Virus record (IMG/VR): IMGVR_UViG_3300027833_001604
Coordinates: 32,001-96,000 of that record
DNA length: 64,000 nucleotides
DNA from: a virus
Direction: 5' to 3' (one strand)
The notes beneath the pieces were generated by a model, which did not search any database, was not told where the DNA came from, and saw only the letters and a program-made list of their open reading frames with translations. The position numbers and the translations under genes are program-made. This document shows, piece after piece, positions 9,837 through 19,099 of the stretch. How positions within the stretch are numbered: position 1 is the first letter of the stretch; each line of letters starts with the position of its first letter.

Positions 9837-10714
9837 AAACATATTTAAATGCACTAGGGCATATCCTAGCAAATGGCAAAGAAAAAGGTGACAGAACAGG
9901 AACTGGCACCAAAGGCGTGTTTGGTTATCAAATGCACTTTGATTTAGAAAAAGGATTTCCTGCCGTAACAACCAAAACACTTGCATGGAAAAGTGTTGTA
10001 AGTGAACTGTTATGGTTATTAGAAGGTAGCACAGATGAACGTAGGCTTGCAGAATTACGCTACGGCTTACCACGTGAGGAGTTAGTAGACAAGACTACTA
10101 TTTGGACTGCTAATGCAGATGCACAGGGTGTAGCACTTGGTTATGAAAATACAGATACCGTCAAAGAACTAGGACCAGTATATGGTAAACAATGGCGTGG
10201 ACGCGATACTCGATTCCACATATCAACACACCAAGGCGTGGATCAAATAGCACAAATCATTGAACAAATTAAAACAGACCCAGACAGTAGACGCATTATA
10301 TTAAATGCATGGAACGTCGGCGAAATAGATAAAATGGCATTACCACCATGTCATGCACTTGCACAATTTTATGTAGTAGAAGGCAAACTAAGTTGTCAAC
10401 TGTATCAACGTAGTGCAGATATGTTCTTGGGTGTTCCATTTAATATTGCTAGCTATAGTCTACTTACTCATATGCTTGCACAAATTTGTAATTTAAAAGT
10501 AGGCGAGTTTGTATGGACAGGTGGCGACTGTCACATATATCAAAACCATATGCCACAGGTATTGCAACAGCTTTCACGTAAACCTGCTAAATCACCTGTA
10601 TTAGTTATGCCAGAATTTGCTTCACTTGAAGAAGTGTTAAATAGTAGTATAGAGGATTATGTATTAGAAAACTATGCACCTCTACCTACAATTAAGGCAG
10701 AAATGGCAGTATAA
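9833..10714 (+). CDS. thyA: Thymidylate synthase
   Basis: 'DRTGTGT', 'LPPCH', 'YQRSADMFLGVPFNIASY'. Confidence 0.97.
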   Translation: MKTYLNALGHILANGKEKGDRTGTGTKGVFGYQMHFDLEKGFPAVTTKTLAWKSVVSELLWLLEGSTDERRLAELRYGLPREELVDKTTIWTANADAQGVALGYENTDTVKELGPVYGKQWRGRDTRFHISTHQGVDQIAQIIEQIKTDPDSRRIILNAWNVGEIDKMALPPCHALAQFYVVEGKLSCQLYQRSADMFLGVPFNIASYSLLTHMLAQICNLKVGEFVWTGGDCHIYQNHMPQVLQQLSRKPAKSPVLVMPEFASLEEVLNSSIEDYVLENYAPLPTIKAEMAV

Positions 10715-10715
10715 T

Positions 10716-11246
10716 ATGGATAAAGAGATTAGAGACAAATACTTTGGTAATAATTGGAATCCCAATTATGATCATTACAAATACAGTGGATGGGCGTTAC
10801 TTGATAAAGTTGAACCCGAAGAAGAAGTATTGGATATTGGTTGCGGCTTTAATCTATTTAAAGATGCGTTTGGCGACAGACTACATGGCATAGATCCTGC
10901 AAATACAAAGGCCGATGAACTTGTTGGTATTATGGAGTTTGAAACAGATAAGCAATGGGACGTTGCATTTGCTTTAGGTAGTTTAAACTTTGGAACAGCA
11001 GAAGAGGTGGAGCCACAAGTAGAAAAAGCAATTAGTTTACTAAAACCAGGTGGACGTATTTACTGGAGGCAAAATCCAGGACTAGGTGACCATCCATGGA
11101 AAGGAATGGAAGAAATTGTTTTCTTCCCATGGAGCATGCAACTTAACTATGAATGGGCAGACAAATTTAAATGTGTAGTAGTTGAATGTAAATGGGATGC
11201 GGAAAGCGATCGAATTTATGCTGAATGGAAGAAATCAACTGTATGA
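10716..11246 (+). CDS. Class I SAM-dependent methyltransferase
   Basis: 'VLDIGCG', 'GIDP', 'LLKPGG'; start adjusted to ATG 10716. Confidence 0.85.
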   Translation: MDKEIRDKYFGNNWNPNYDHYKYSGWALLDKVEPEEEVLDIGCGFNLFKDAFGDRLHGIDPANTKADELVGIMEFETDKQWDVAFALGSLNFGTAEEVEPQVEKAISLLKPGGRIYWRQNPGLGDHPWKGMEEIVFFPWSMQLNYEWADKFKCVVVECKWDAESDRIYAEWKKSTV

Positions 11247-12235
11247 ATTGGTTAGATAAATTTAATAGTATTAAGGTTGAAATTACTTCGCATTGTAATG
11301 CAAAGTGTCCAGGTTGCACTCGCAACATAACTGGCGGTAAAAATGTTTCAGATTTAAAATTAGATCATATGCCATATGAACTATGGCATAGAGTTATGCA
11401 CGAAGATACCAAAGGCATGGAAATAGTAGAAGTATTGTTTGACGGCAATGTAGGTGATTTCTGTATGAATCCTAAAGCTATTGACTTTATTAAAACGGCC
11501 CATGAAGCACACCCTGATATGTTTATACAAATTAATACCAATGGTGGTGCTAGAACAGAAGAATGGTGGGCAGAGTTTGGCGAGGTTATTGCTGAAATTC
11601 CACATAGAGTAAACTTTGCAATTGATGGATTAGAAGATACACATCATATACACAGACGTTCAACAACATATGAGATAGTTGTGCGTAATATGAAAGCATT
11701 TGTTTCAAAGGGTGGAAATGCTAACTGGATATTTACATACTTTGACCATAACTTACATCAAGTAGACGAAGCAAGAAAACGTGCAATTGATTATGGTTGC
11801 TACTGGTTTCAAACTAGATGGAGTTGTATACCAGGCGAAGATTTGTATGTGAAAACTGACACAGAAGAATACGAAATTGGCACTGAGAACATATATGAAA
11901 TGGAAGAATACATGGATCATATAAGACCTCTAAAACATATGCAACCAGAGTTTGAAGAAGGTGAACATATGTGTCCAGCATATACACAAGGACAGATTAC
12001 TATTGACTTCAGAGGTATATTATGGCCATGCAGTTACATATATTCTACAGAAGTTAGAACACAAGAGTTTGCCAGTCCTTTTCGCATAGAAATGCAACAC
12101 CCCGGCGAAACAATAAGTTTACATAAACACGCATTACCAGATATACTTTCTAATACTTTCTTTAAGGACCAATTACCAGATGCAATAACTAATAAAAAGT
12201 TGAGCATTTGTAACATGTGGTGCTTTAACGACTAA
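11243..12235 (+). CDS. Radical SAM protein with C-terminal SPASM/Twitch domain
   Basis: CNAKCPGC, 'INTNGG', 'FAIDG', C-terminal 'C..IDFRG.LWPC..C..WC'. Confidence 0.9.
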   Translation: MNWLDKFNSIKVEITSHCNAKCPGCTRNITGGKNVSDLKLDHMPYELWHRVMHEDTKGMEIVEVLFDGNVGDFCMNPKAIDFIKTAHEAHPDMFIQINTNGGARTEEWWAEFGEVIAEIPHRVNFAIDGLEDTHHIHRRSTTYEIVVRNMKAFVSKGGNANWIFTYFDHNLHQVDEARKRAIDYGCYWFQTRWSCIPGEDLYVKTDTEEYEIGTENIYEMEEYMDHIRPLKHMQPEFEEGEHMCPAYTQGQITIDFRGILWPCSYIYSTEVRTQEFASPFRIEMQHPGETISLHKHALPDILSNTFFKDQLPDAITNKKLSICNMWCFND

Positions 12236-12250
12236 TCCTAAACAGTTATA

Positions 12251-12258
12251 GATAAATA
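12251..12258 (+). promoter_or_regulatory. putative late promoter
   Basis: GATAAATA upstream of the HtrA-like gene. Confidence 0.45.
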
Positions 12259-12286
12259 CTTATAACTAAAATAGGATGGAATACTA

Positions 12287-13564
12287 GTGAAAAGTTTGAA
12301 AAAAATCACGTTGCTTATGCTTGCAACGGTAATTCTTAGTGTCGTTATCAACTCACACTATAGAAGCATACAAGAAACATTACACGAAGGAATAAGTTGG
12401 GTTTGGAAACAAAACGAAACAGTTGGAGAAGCCCTATATGATACAAATGCATTTCTATTTAACGGCGATGCTTTTGATCATGAACGTAGAATAAAAGATT
12501 ACATCTATAGTTCATTTCCTAGCGTTGTAATGATAAATGTTTTTCCTAACGAACAATCCCAAAATAACCCATTAGTTCAACGCAAGGCTGGACGAGGCAC
12601 TGGATTTTTCGTGTCTGTAGATGATGAATCAGCAACTATAATGACTAACTATCATGTTATAGAAGGTTACATAGGTTCTGAAAATTTACTAGATCTTAAA
12701 ATCAATACTGCAATAGATATGTGGGTATACGAAGCCACAATCATTGGGTATGACATAGTGGCAGACATTGCCCTTATTAAAATACTTAAAAAAGATAACG
12801 AAAAATGGGAAGCACTAGAGTTTGCAGATCCAGAAGAAATCAGCGAAGGCGATCCTGTTGTAGTTATTGGTCATGGTATGAGCTTACCTTGGAACAGCAC
12901 ACAGGGTATTGTTACATATGACGGCAGATTTGGACAACGTCCTTATTCATTAATGCTACAAGTTGATGCAGTTATTAACCAAGGTAACAGTGGCGGACCT
13001 GTTATAGGCACTGACCGTAAAGTATATGGAGTTGCACAATCAATACTAAGCCCAGGTAGAGCAATACCAGGTTGGGATGGTGTAGGATTAGCAGTTGGCT
13101 CCAGACAAGCAAAACGTAGCATGGATTATATTCTATCTGATGCATACGCAGAAAAAGGTTATGTTCCATATTCAGACTTATTGTTTAATACAAAAAACTT
13201 TGAAATAAAAAGTGTTATCGACACTAAACGCGAAGATAGACACATGTCATACTTTAATATACTAGAACCTGATCTAGATGTAAAAGCACCAACTATGGAA
13301 GTTGAACCAGTAAAACTAAATGCAGGACAGATTGCCGGAATGCAAGAAGGTGATATCATACTAGAGTTAAACGGTAAAAGTGTTTATACAGCATTTAAAA
13401 TATTCATCGAAACTATGTATGCAATACCAGGCGACACAGCAACGATTAAAGTATTACGTGGCGAAGAAGAATTAGAGTTTACTTTAGTTTACCAAGAAAT
13501 AGACTTTCAAAAACTAAAAAAATCTATCGAAGACCGTAATAAGTTGCAAAGAGGCGGCAAATAA
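12287..13564 (+). CDS. HtrA/DegP-like trypsin serine protease with PDZ domain
   Basis: N-terminal TM, 'TNYHVI', 'DIAL', 'GNSGGP', PDZ 'AGMQEGDIILELNG'. Confidence 0.92.
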   Translation: MKSLKKITLLMLATVILSVVINSHYRSIQETLHEGISWVWKQNETVGEALYDTNAFLFNGDAFDHERRIKDYIYSSFPSVVMINVFPNEQSQNNPLVQRKAGRGTGFFVSVDDESATIMTNYHVIEGYIGSENLLDLKINTAIDMWVYEATIIGYDIVADIALIKILKKDNEKWEALEFADPEEISEGDPVVVIGHGMSLPWNSTQGIVTYDGRFGQRPYSLMLQVDAVINQGNSGGPVIGTDRKVYGVAQSILSPGRAIPGWDGVGLAVGSRQAKRSMDYILSDAYAEKGYVPYSDLLFNTKNFEIKSVIDTKREDRHMSYFNILEPDLDVKAPTMEVEPVKLNAGQIAGMQEGDIILELNGKSVYTAFKIFIETMYAIPGDTATIKVLRGEEELEFTLVYQEIDFQKLKKSIEDRNKLQRGGK

Positions 13565-13568
13565 TAGG

Positions 13569-13597
13569 TTGACATAACCAAGAGTTCTTGTTATAAT
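13569..13597 (+). promoter_or_regulatory. sigma70 promoter with spacer palindrome variant
   Basis: TTGACA-N17-TATAAT containing AAGAGTTCTT (13580-13589). Confidence 0.75.
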
Positions 13598-13631
13598 ATA
13601 GTTTATATACAATATAACTATGGAGAACAAG

Positions 13632-15023
13632 ATGAAATACCTATCGCTATTGCTAGTGTTCATGACATCAGCATGCGTTGTAGCTGAAACAACCCCTCAG
13701 TTACGACCAGCTTCTTTTCAAACTACACAAAATACACTGCCGCTGATGCAATCATCAGGTGCAATTGACCATTCTTATTACGCAAAATCAGATTTTGTAA
13801 ATTTAACAATTCCTGAAGACTTTCAATTTGTTAACACAGTAAAACTTAAATATTTACTATCAACTGGTAAATGGCGAGATTATGCATTATTCAGTCACCA
13901 AGTAAGAAAGTTTAAAACTAGTTACAACTGTAAGGCTAGATTAAAAGATTTTGGTATTACATCTCAGACTAAAATGGTTGAGACTAGAAAAGAAGATTAT
14001 GCAGATGCTGCCAAAGCCGGATTTCGAAAGATAATAATATGTGCTGAAGACGTGGGTGGATTGATTCATTTAGATTATCCATGGATAACCGAACAAATGG
14101 CAGAGATTATCTTATATCATGCAACAGAACGTAATGTTATTGAAGATGGCGTAACACATATGCCTAGTCAAGTGCAATATGCAAAGTATATGGTAATGGC
14201 ACAGGACGCTGAGTTCTACGCTTATTTCAAGGATTTGATGCCTTTAACCCCACCAGAACATGCGACTATTACTGCATACTTTGATGAAATATTCATGGGT
14301 AATATATTCCATCCACAACAACGCAGACAACAGTGTAATGTAAACTATCCAAGCCTAATTGCATCAACTGGTGAACATGGACAACACGGTTGCGGCACCA
14401 ATGGAACAGCCATGCTTCAGGCCTCATTAGCGTATGCATTGTCTACAAATAACAATAAACTATTTGAACGTGCAAAAGCAAACTTAACATATTGGTTAGG
14501 CACATTTGACAATGACGGAATACATGTATTACAAGCATCACGTGGAGCGGCATTAGGATATCATAAAGATATTAGTATTCGTTTAGGGTCTATAACTGAA
14601 GTTATGCAAACAATAGATTATGATTTCTTAGAACACACAATGCCACGTAGTGGAATTAAAGTTCATGAAGTATTAGATACACATTTCGAAATTCTAAACA
14701 ATCATAAACTAGTTGGAAAGTATGCAAAATATAATAATGGAGTATGGGATAAATGGTCGTCAATTTCAAACTTATCAACTGAAGCGGCAAACCGTAAAAT
14801 CAGTGGATTTGGTTGGTGGCATATTGCAAACGCTAATAGACGTTATGTAATAAACTACAGAAAACAACCCACTATGATGCGAGGTAAACTTATAGATTGG
14901 CAAGAATGGATTAAGAAAGATCTAAATACAGGACCACAAGATAGATGGGATGCAGCAGGTGAATTTTGGAAACATGCACTAATACCTGCTCAATATATGT
15001 ATGAAATTAACGAATCTAGGTAG
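13632..15023 (+). CDS. Exported lipoprotein, possible alginate-lyase-like (alpha/alpha) fold
   Basis: lipobox-like 'MTSAC'; 'DNDG...SRGAALGYH' resembles the alginate lyase family. Confidence 0.5.
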   Translation: MKYLSLLLVFMTSACVVAETTPQLRPASFQTTQNTLPLMQSSGAIDHSYYAKSDFVNLTIPEDFQFVNTVKLKYLLSTGKWRDYALFSHQVRKFKTSYNCKARLKDFGITSQTKMVETRKEDYADAAKAGFRKIIICAEDVGGLIHLDYPWITEQMAEIILYHATERNVIEDGVTHMPSQVQYAKYMVMAQDAEFYAYFKDLMPLTPPEHATITAYFDEIFMGNIFHPQQRRQQCNVNYPSLIASTGEHGQHGCGTNGTAMLQASLAYALSTNNNKLFERAKANLTYWLGTFDNDGIHVLQASRGAALGYHKDISIRLGSITEVMQTIDYDFLEHTMPRSGIKVHEVLDTHFEILNNHKLVGKYAKYNNGVWDKWSSISNLSTEAANRKISGFGWWHIANANRRYVINYRKQPTMMRGKLIDWQEWIKKDLNTGPQDRWDAAGEFWKHALIPAQYMYEINESR

Positions 15024-15034
15024 TTAACATACAC

Positions 15035-15081
15035 TATATAGTGCCATTAAACGCTAACTAATTGGTGATTGGCACTATATA
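15035..15081. repeat. 12-bp inverted repeat/hairpin
   Basis: TATATAGTGCCA (15035-46) and TGGCACTATATA (15070-81). Confidence 0.7.
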
Positions 15082-15092
15082 TTGTTAAAAGG

Positions 15093-15121
15093 TTGACAAT
15101 ATCAACTAAATATCTTATAAT
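15093..15121 (+). promoter_or_regulatory. sigma70 promoter
   Basis: TTGACA-N17-TATAAT. Confidence 0.8.
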
Positions 15122-15144
15122 AGTGTAGTAATAAAAAAATTAAG

Positions 15145-15212
15145 GTTAGTGAAAGGGATGGGATCAGTTGTGACCGCTGAAGCTCACACTAACATAACAA
15201 AATCGGTCACGA
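15145..15212 (+). ncRNA. candidate structured 5' leader (pseudoknot)
   Basis: GTTAGTG/CACTAAC stem, TCAG/CTGA inner stem, loop TTGTGACCG complementary to downstream CGGTCACGA. Confidence 0.55.
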
Positions 15213-15231
15213 AAACGTAGGAGAAATAACT

Positions 15232-15453
15232 ATGTTAGATAAAATCAAAGGTGTAGTAGCTGGCGGTGTTGATATTGGTGTAATGCTAATTGGACTTGCT
15301 ATCGTGCTACAAATAGTATTTGGTGGATCTGTGCCTTTCTTAGGTGGAGATGTTATCGGAACTGTTATTGGAATAGTTGGACAACTTGGTTCAGCTGGAC
15401 TAACTGGTCTTATTGCCGCAGCAGTTTTGTGGAAACTATTTGATCGTGACTAA
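15232..15453 (+). CDS. small Gly-rich membrane protein
   Basis: 73 aa, two hydrophobic helices, strong RBS AGGAGA. Confidence 0.85.
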   Translation: MLDKIKGVVAGGVDIGVMLIGLAIVLQIVFGGSVPFLGGDVIGTVIGIVGQLGSAGLTGLIAAAVLWKLFDRD

Positions 15454-15480
15454 GATATATTACTAGTAATATATTTACTT

Positions 15481-15512
15481 AAAACCCATGTATTTTTTAC
15501 ATGGGTTTTTTT
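15481..15512 (+). terminator. intrinsic terminator
   Basis: AAAACCCATGTA / TACATGGGTTTT stem followed by a T tract. Confidence 0.85.
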
Positions 15513-15593
15513 ATGACTAATGTAAATAAAGGTAGACCTTAGTATGTAATAAATGTTATAATAGCTACATACATTAAAACGAAGAGAAAGATT

Positions 15594-15845
15594 ATGATTA
15601 AATATAAAATTGCAGTATTAGAGCGTATGATCGAGCATTACACAAAGAACATTGAGATGTTTTCAACCCTTCCCCCAACTAATACAGTGCTTGACAGTAT
15701 GGCAGAAATGGTTGCTGCTCGCAGAGTAGTAGCAAGTTTTATTGAAAACGATGGTGTGCCTACAATTCCGCCAGGTTGGCACAATGGTAATGTTCACTTT
15801 GATGGTATGGTAAATGCCGCTGCAAGTGGAGTAGAAATATTTTAA
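15594..15845 (+). CDS. hypothetical protein
   Basis: 83-aa ORF with upstream TATAAT. Confidence 0.65.
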   Translation: MIKYKIAVLERMIEHYTKNIEMFSTLPPTNTVLDSMAEMVAARRVVASFIENDGVPTIPPGWHNGNVHFDGMVNAAASGVEIF

Positions 15846-15863
15846 AAAAGATGCATTATTCGG

Positions 15864-15892
15864 TTGACAACCAAGACATCTTACTGTATACT
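15864..15892 (+). promoter_or_regulatory. sigma70 promoter with AAGACATCTT palindrome
   Basis: TTGACA-N17-TATACT; palindrome at 15873-15882. Confidence 0.85.
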
Positions 15893-15926
15893 GTATGTAT
15901 AAGTTAATAAAAAGTAGGAGTAATAC

Positions 15927-16130
15927 ATGAATATAAAATTTAATGATGTAACAAACATAGAACTAGGTGGCGTTGATATGAACGACTATCCAGATTTTTG
16001 TGATGCATATGTAGAAAGTGCAGAAAAGTTAGATGGAACACCACTAACTGATGTTGAACTAGAAGCGTTTAGCGAACTAGACGAAACAGCATCTTATATT
16101 AATGAGAATGCATACGAAAGTTTATTTTAA
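15927..16130 (+). CDS. small acidic phage protein
   Basis: RBS AGGAG; 'VDMNDYPDFCDAYVESA'. Confidence 0.8.
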   Translation: MNIKFNDVTNIELGGVDMNDYPDFCDAYVESAEKLDGTPLTDVELEAFSELDETASYINENAYESLF

Positions 16131-16143
16131 AAAGGACTACATT

Positions 16144-16323
16144 ATGAAAACATTTACATTTGAAAATCATTTAGGTGAAACGTTTACTGCAAAAGCAGAA
16201 AAAGGTTTAGACGTAATGGAAGATGCAAACAAGGCTATATTGTGGCCTACTTGGAAAGACGGAATGTGGCAACAAGTAAGCGATACAAAATTTGTTTGGG
16301 TTTTAGGTAACTTTTTTAATTAA
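16144..16323 (+). CDS. small hypothetical protein
   Basis: RBS AAGGA before ATG 16144 (MKTFTFENH..). Confidence 0.7.
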   Translation: MKTFTFENHLGETFTAKAEKGLDVMEDANKAILWPTWKDGMWQQVSDTKFVWVLGNFFN

Positions 16324-16328
16324 AAAGG

Positions 16329-16357
16329 TTGACAAGTAAGACATCTTGCCGTATAAT
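16329..16357 (+). promoter_or_regulatory. sigma70 promoter with AAGACATCTT palindrome
   Basis: TTGACA-N17-TATAAT; 38-bp exact inverted copy at 47312-47349. Confidence 0.88.
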
Positions 16358-16397
16358 ATAAGTATAAACACTAAAAAATTAACTACTGGAGAATAAT

Positions 16398-16745
16398 ATG
16401 AATTTAGAATATGATGTAAATGAACTTAAAACAATTGTTGCTCAAGCTAAGAAGGCAGCATATGAGGCCGCTAGTGATTACTTTATGGAAAAACTAGATG
16501 GTAAAGACAATTATCCTTGTGGATTTGCATGGGTTAAGATTCATGGTATTAAAGGTAATACTAAATTAGGTCGTGCTATGAAACAAGCTGGTATTGAACA
16601 AGACTATACTAAAGCATTTCAAATTTACAACCCTTCAGGTGTTAACGTGCAAAACGTTGATGTTAAAGAAGTTGGCGCAATGGCGGCAGCTAATGTTTTT
16701 GAATCGTTTGGTTTCAAAGCATATGCAGGAAGTAGGTTAGACTAA
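16398..16745 (+). CDS. phage hypothetical protein
   Basis: RBS GGAGA; 'CGFAWV..AYAGSRLD'. Confidence 0.8.
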   Translation: MNLEYDVNELKTIVAQAKKAAYEAASDYFMEKLDGKDNYPCGFAWVKIHGIKGNTKLGRAMKQAGIEQDYTKAFQIYNPSGVNVQNVDVKEVGAMAAANVFESFGFKAYAGSRLD

Positions 16746-16912
16746 TGGTAGATGTTTTAAAAGATATCGAAGTGCTAGAATCTGCACTTATTAATATCCA
16801 AGAAGGTGCAAGCGATGAAGTATACGCTGCACTATGGAGCTTGGAAAAGCTCTTACTAGAAAAGAAAGACATGGTTGCTGCGTTTGAAGATGACATGGCA
16901 CCAAAGTTATAA
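16745..16912 (+). CDS. small acidic protein (not in ORF track)
   Basis: TAATG overlap; MVDVLKDIEVLESALINIQEGASDEVYAALWSLEKLLLEKKDMVAAFEDDMAPKL (55 aa). Confidence 0.7.
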   Translation: MVDVLKDIEVLESALINIQEGASDEVYAALWSLEKLLLEKKDMVAAFEDDMAPKL

Positions 16913-16915
16913 ATA
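16908..16915 (+). promoter_or_regulatory. putative late promoter
   Basis: TATAAATA upstream of the nuclease gene. Confidence 0.5.
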
Positions 16916-16937
16916 CTCTAACGGGAGGTTAGACTAC

Positions 16938-17405
16938 ATGAGAAATAATGAAAACGTTGGCAGAGGATTAATTGTTATAGCAATTTTACTTGTTGGCTTT
17001 ATAATTGCAAATCCAATATTTGCTAAAGACGTAGATATGGAAGTCTATGACTTTCCTATTACACGAATTATCGACGGCGACACAGTTGCCTTTGAAGCAG
17101 AATTTTTACCAGATCCACTTAAAAAAGAATTAAGCATTCGTGTATACGGTGTTGATACTCCAGAAAAAAGTTGGAGAGGTGAATGCGACAGTGAAAAAGA
17201 ACTAGGAGAAAAAGCTAGTAAGTTCACTAAAAAACTAATCGATGAAGCAGTTGACGTTCAGGTTGCAATTTACAAATGGGATAAGTTTGGCGGGCGTGTA
17301 TTGGGTGATATAATTATTGATGGGAAGAGTTTGAGATATGCTCTTATCGAAAAAGGTTATGCACGTGAATATTACGGTGATAAAAAGGAGAGCTGGTGTG
17401 AATAA
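16938..17405 (+). CDS. Thermonuclease (SNase) family with N-terminal membrane anchor/signal
   Basis: 'IIDGDT', 'IRVYGVDTPE', 'DKFGGRVLG', 'GYAREY'; RBS GGGAGG. Confidence 0.92.
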   Translation: MRNNENVGRGLIVIAILLVGFIIANPIFAKDVDMEVYDFPITRIIDGDTVAFEAEFLPDPLKKELSIRVYGVDTPEKSWRGECDSEKELGEKASKFTKKLIDEAVDVQVAIYKWDKFGGRVLGDIIIDGKSLRYALIEKGYAREYYGDKKESWCE

Positions 17406-17427
17406 CGCTAGTTAATGGTAGGCAGAG

Positions 17428-17451
17428 AAACGCCTTAACTGGCGTTTTTTT
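17428..17451 (+). terminator. intrinsic terminator at the convergence of + and - blocks
   Basis: AAACGCC-TTAACT-GGCGTTT followed by a T tract. Confidence 0.75.
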
Positions 17452-17455
17452 GTGA

Positions 17456-17812
17456 CTAATTATTGCTACAGTTGTTAACACATACCTTAGGCGGCATGTC
17501 ACTTTTCCAACCTTCGTAGTAAACATGAGTTTGAAATATTTCATGTGCAATGATTTCTTCAAGGCTATGATGTTCTAAATTATTCCAATTTGGATCATTT
17601 TCCATTAGTGTCATTATGCGTGTATCTTCTTTTAAGTCTTTGGTATCTTTTTCTACAAGTTGACCACTACCATCTTTTTTGTATACATTTCGCATATCCC
17701 ATGCATTACTAAAGAAGCAACAAGGCCACACTATGCCTTCGGGTGTTACTTCCCAACGTCTTACATCATTGTGATAATCAATTGCTTTACATTTAATATC
17801 ACACTTAGGCAT
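17456..17812 (-). CDS. stand-alone SPASM/Twitch Fe-S domain protein
   Basis: 'C..EVTPEGIVWPCC..NNLEHHSLEEII..C..NC' matches the C-termini of 11243..12235 and 33186..34250. Confidence 0.8.
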   Translation of the reverse strand: MPKCDIKCKAIDYHNDVRRWEVTPEGIVWPCCFFSNAWDMRNVYKKDGSGQLVEKDTKDLKEDTRIMTLMENDPNWNNLEHHSLEEIIAHEIFQTHVYYEGWKSDMPPKVCVNNCSNN

Positions 17813-18458
17813 AATTGTAACCTATATTAATCTCATTGTCGGCACATAGTTTATCACATGCTTGCATATTTGTATCTGTAATTAATCCATAAGAACGATC
17901 ATTGTAACGGAATATAATATTAACATTCATGTCATCTGCTAGTTGTTTAGCTAATGTAACCTGTTGCCAATTCCAATCAAATATTAGATATAACCAATTA
18001 GTATTGCCACCGTTACTAGAAAATGCTTTCATATTATCAATTGCTCGGTCAAAGTCAACGCCTTCTCTATACAACCAGTTAACATCATGTGTGGCGCCAT
18101 CTATTGCAAAGTCTATCTTTAATCTTTGCTTATACTTTTGTGCAATTGTTTCATACCAATCTGGTGTGCGTAGTCCACCGTTTGTTGATATACTAACCAT
18201 TGGAGCATAATCCAATGCAGTTTGTATAAAGGTATCAACTTGTGGATGCATCATAGGATCGCCAAACTCTCCACAAAATTCAATGTCGTCAAGTTCTACA
18301 GTTTTAAGATTTGATAGTCTGCGTTTAAATACTTCTAGGTCCATGTGCTTTAATTTGACCCATTCATTCTTTTCGCCAGTTTCTTCATTGGTTCTAGCAC
18401 AACTACGACATTTGGCTTGACAATAAGTTGTAAGTGCAAAGTCAAAAGAATGTTTCAT
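17805..18458 (-). CDS. Radical SAM core without SPASM domain
   Basis: CQAKCRSC, 'GEFGDPMMHP', 'STNGG', 'FAIDG'. Confidence 0.88.
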   Translation of the reverse strand: MKHSFDFALTTYCQAKCRSCARTNEETGEKNEWVKLKHMDLEVFKRRLSNLKTVELDDIEFCGEFGDPMMHPQVDTFIQTALDYAPMVSISTNGGLRTPDWYETIAQKYKQRLKIDFAIDGATHDVNWLYREGVDFDRAIDNMKAFSSNGGNTNWLYLIFDWNWQQVTLAKQLADDMNVNIIFRYNDRSYGLITDTNMQACDKLCADNEINIGYNYA

Positions 18459-19090
18459 CTCTCTCGTAACCGCTCTTGTATAAATCTAATGCTATCGTCT
18501 GTTACTTGTGCATTAACTACTAACCAAATGCTATCGTGTGATGTGCTGCAATTAAATAATGTGTGTTGCTTTGTTGTATTGACTACATAACACTCGCCAT
18601 AATCAAAGTGAAGTGTGTTATTTTCTAACATGAATCTACAATGAGGTGCGTTACAATTTTCTAATGCCCATATAAGTCTAAAACTAGTTTGCTCACCCCA
18701 TACATGATCTCTATGTGGTGGAAAGTATCCACCTGGTGGTAGTCTTAGGAAGTGTGATCTAACACTCCAGTCTAACATAGGTCCTACTACTCGTTGTAAC
18801 TCAGAGCTGGTATGATATAATTCTGTAGGAACATTAAAATCTTCTTCTTGGAAGTTTGTTCCATACTCTCTATTCCATTCACCTAAACTATCTAGTGCTG
18901 GTCCTGGGCCACACTTACCACTTTCATTAATAATACACAAGCCGTGACGTTTAATCCAATCTTTGCGTGGATTATACTTTGCCCACTTGTCATCATGCAC
19001 TGAGACTTCGCCAAGCAATTTGTCTATATCAAATTCGGCGCCAATCTGATAAAAGTCACCGAACTGCGTAATTTTTGAAATATCATTCAA
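18455..19090 (-). CDS. Asp/Asn beta-hydroxylase-like 2OG-Fe(II) oxygenase
   Basis: 'LPPGGYFPPHRD', 'NTTKQHTLFN'. Confidence 0.8.
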   Translation of the reverse strand: MNDISKITQFGDFYQIGAEFDIDKLLGEVSVHDDKWAKYNPRKDWIKRHGLCIINESGKCGPGPALDSLGEWNREYGTNFQEEDFNVPTELYHTSSELQRVVGPMLDWSVRSHFLRLPPGGYFPPHRDHVWGEQTSFRLIWALENCNAPHCRFMLENNTLHFDYGECYVVNTTKQHTLFNCSTSHDSIWLVVNAQVTDDSIRFIQERLRER

Positions 19091-19099
19091 TTTGATTTC

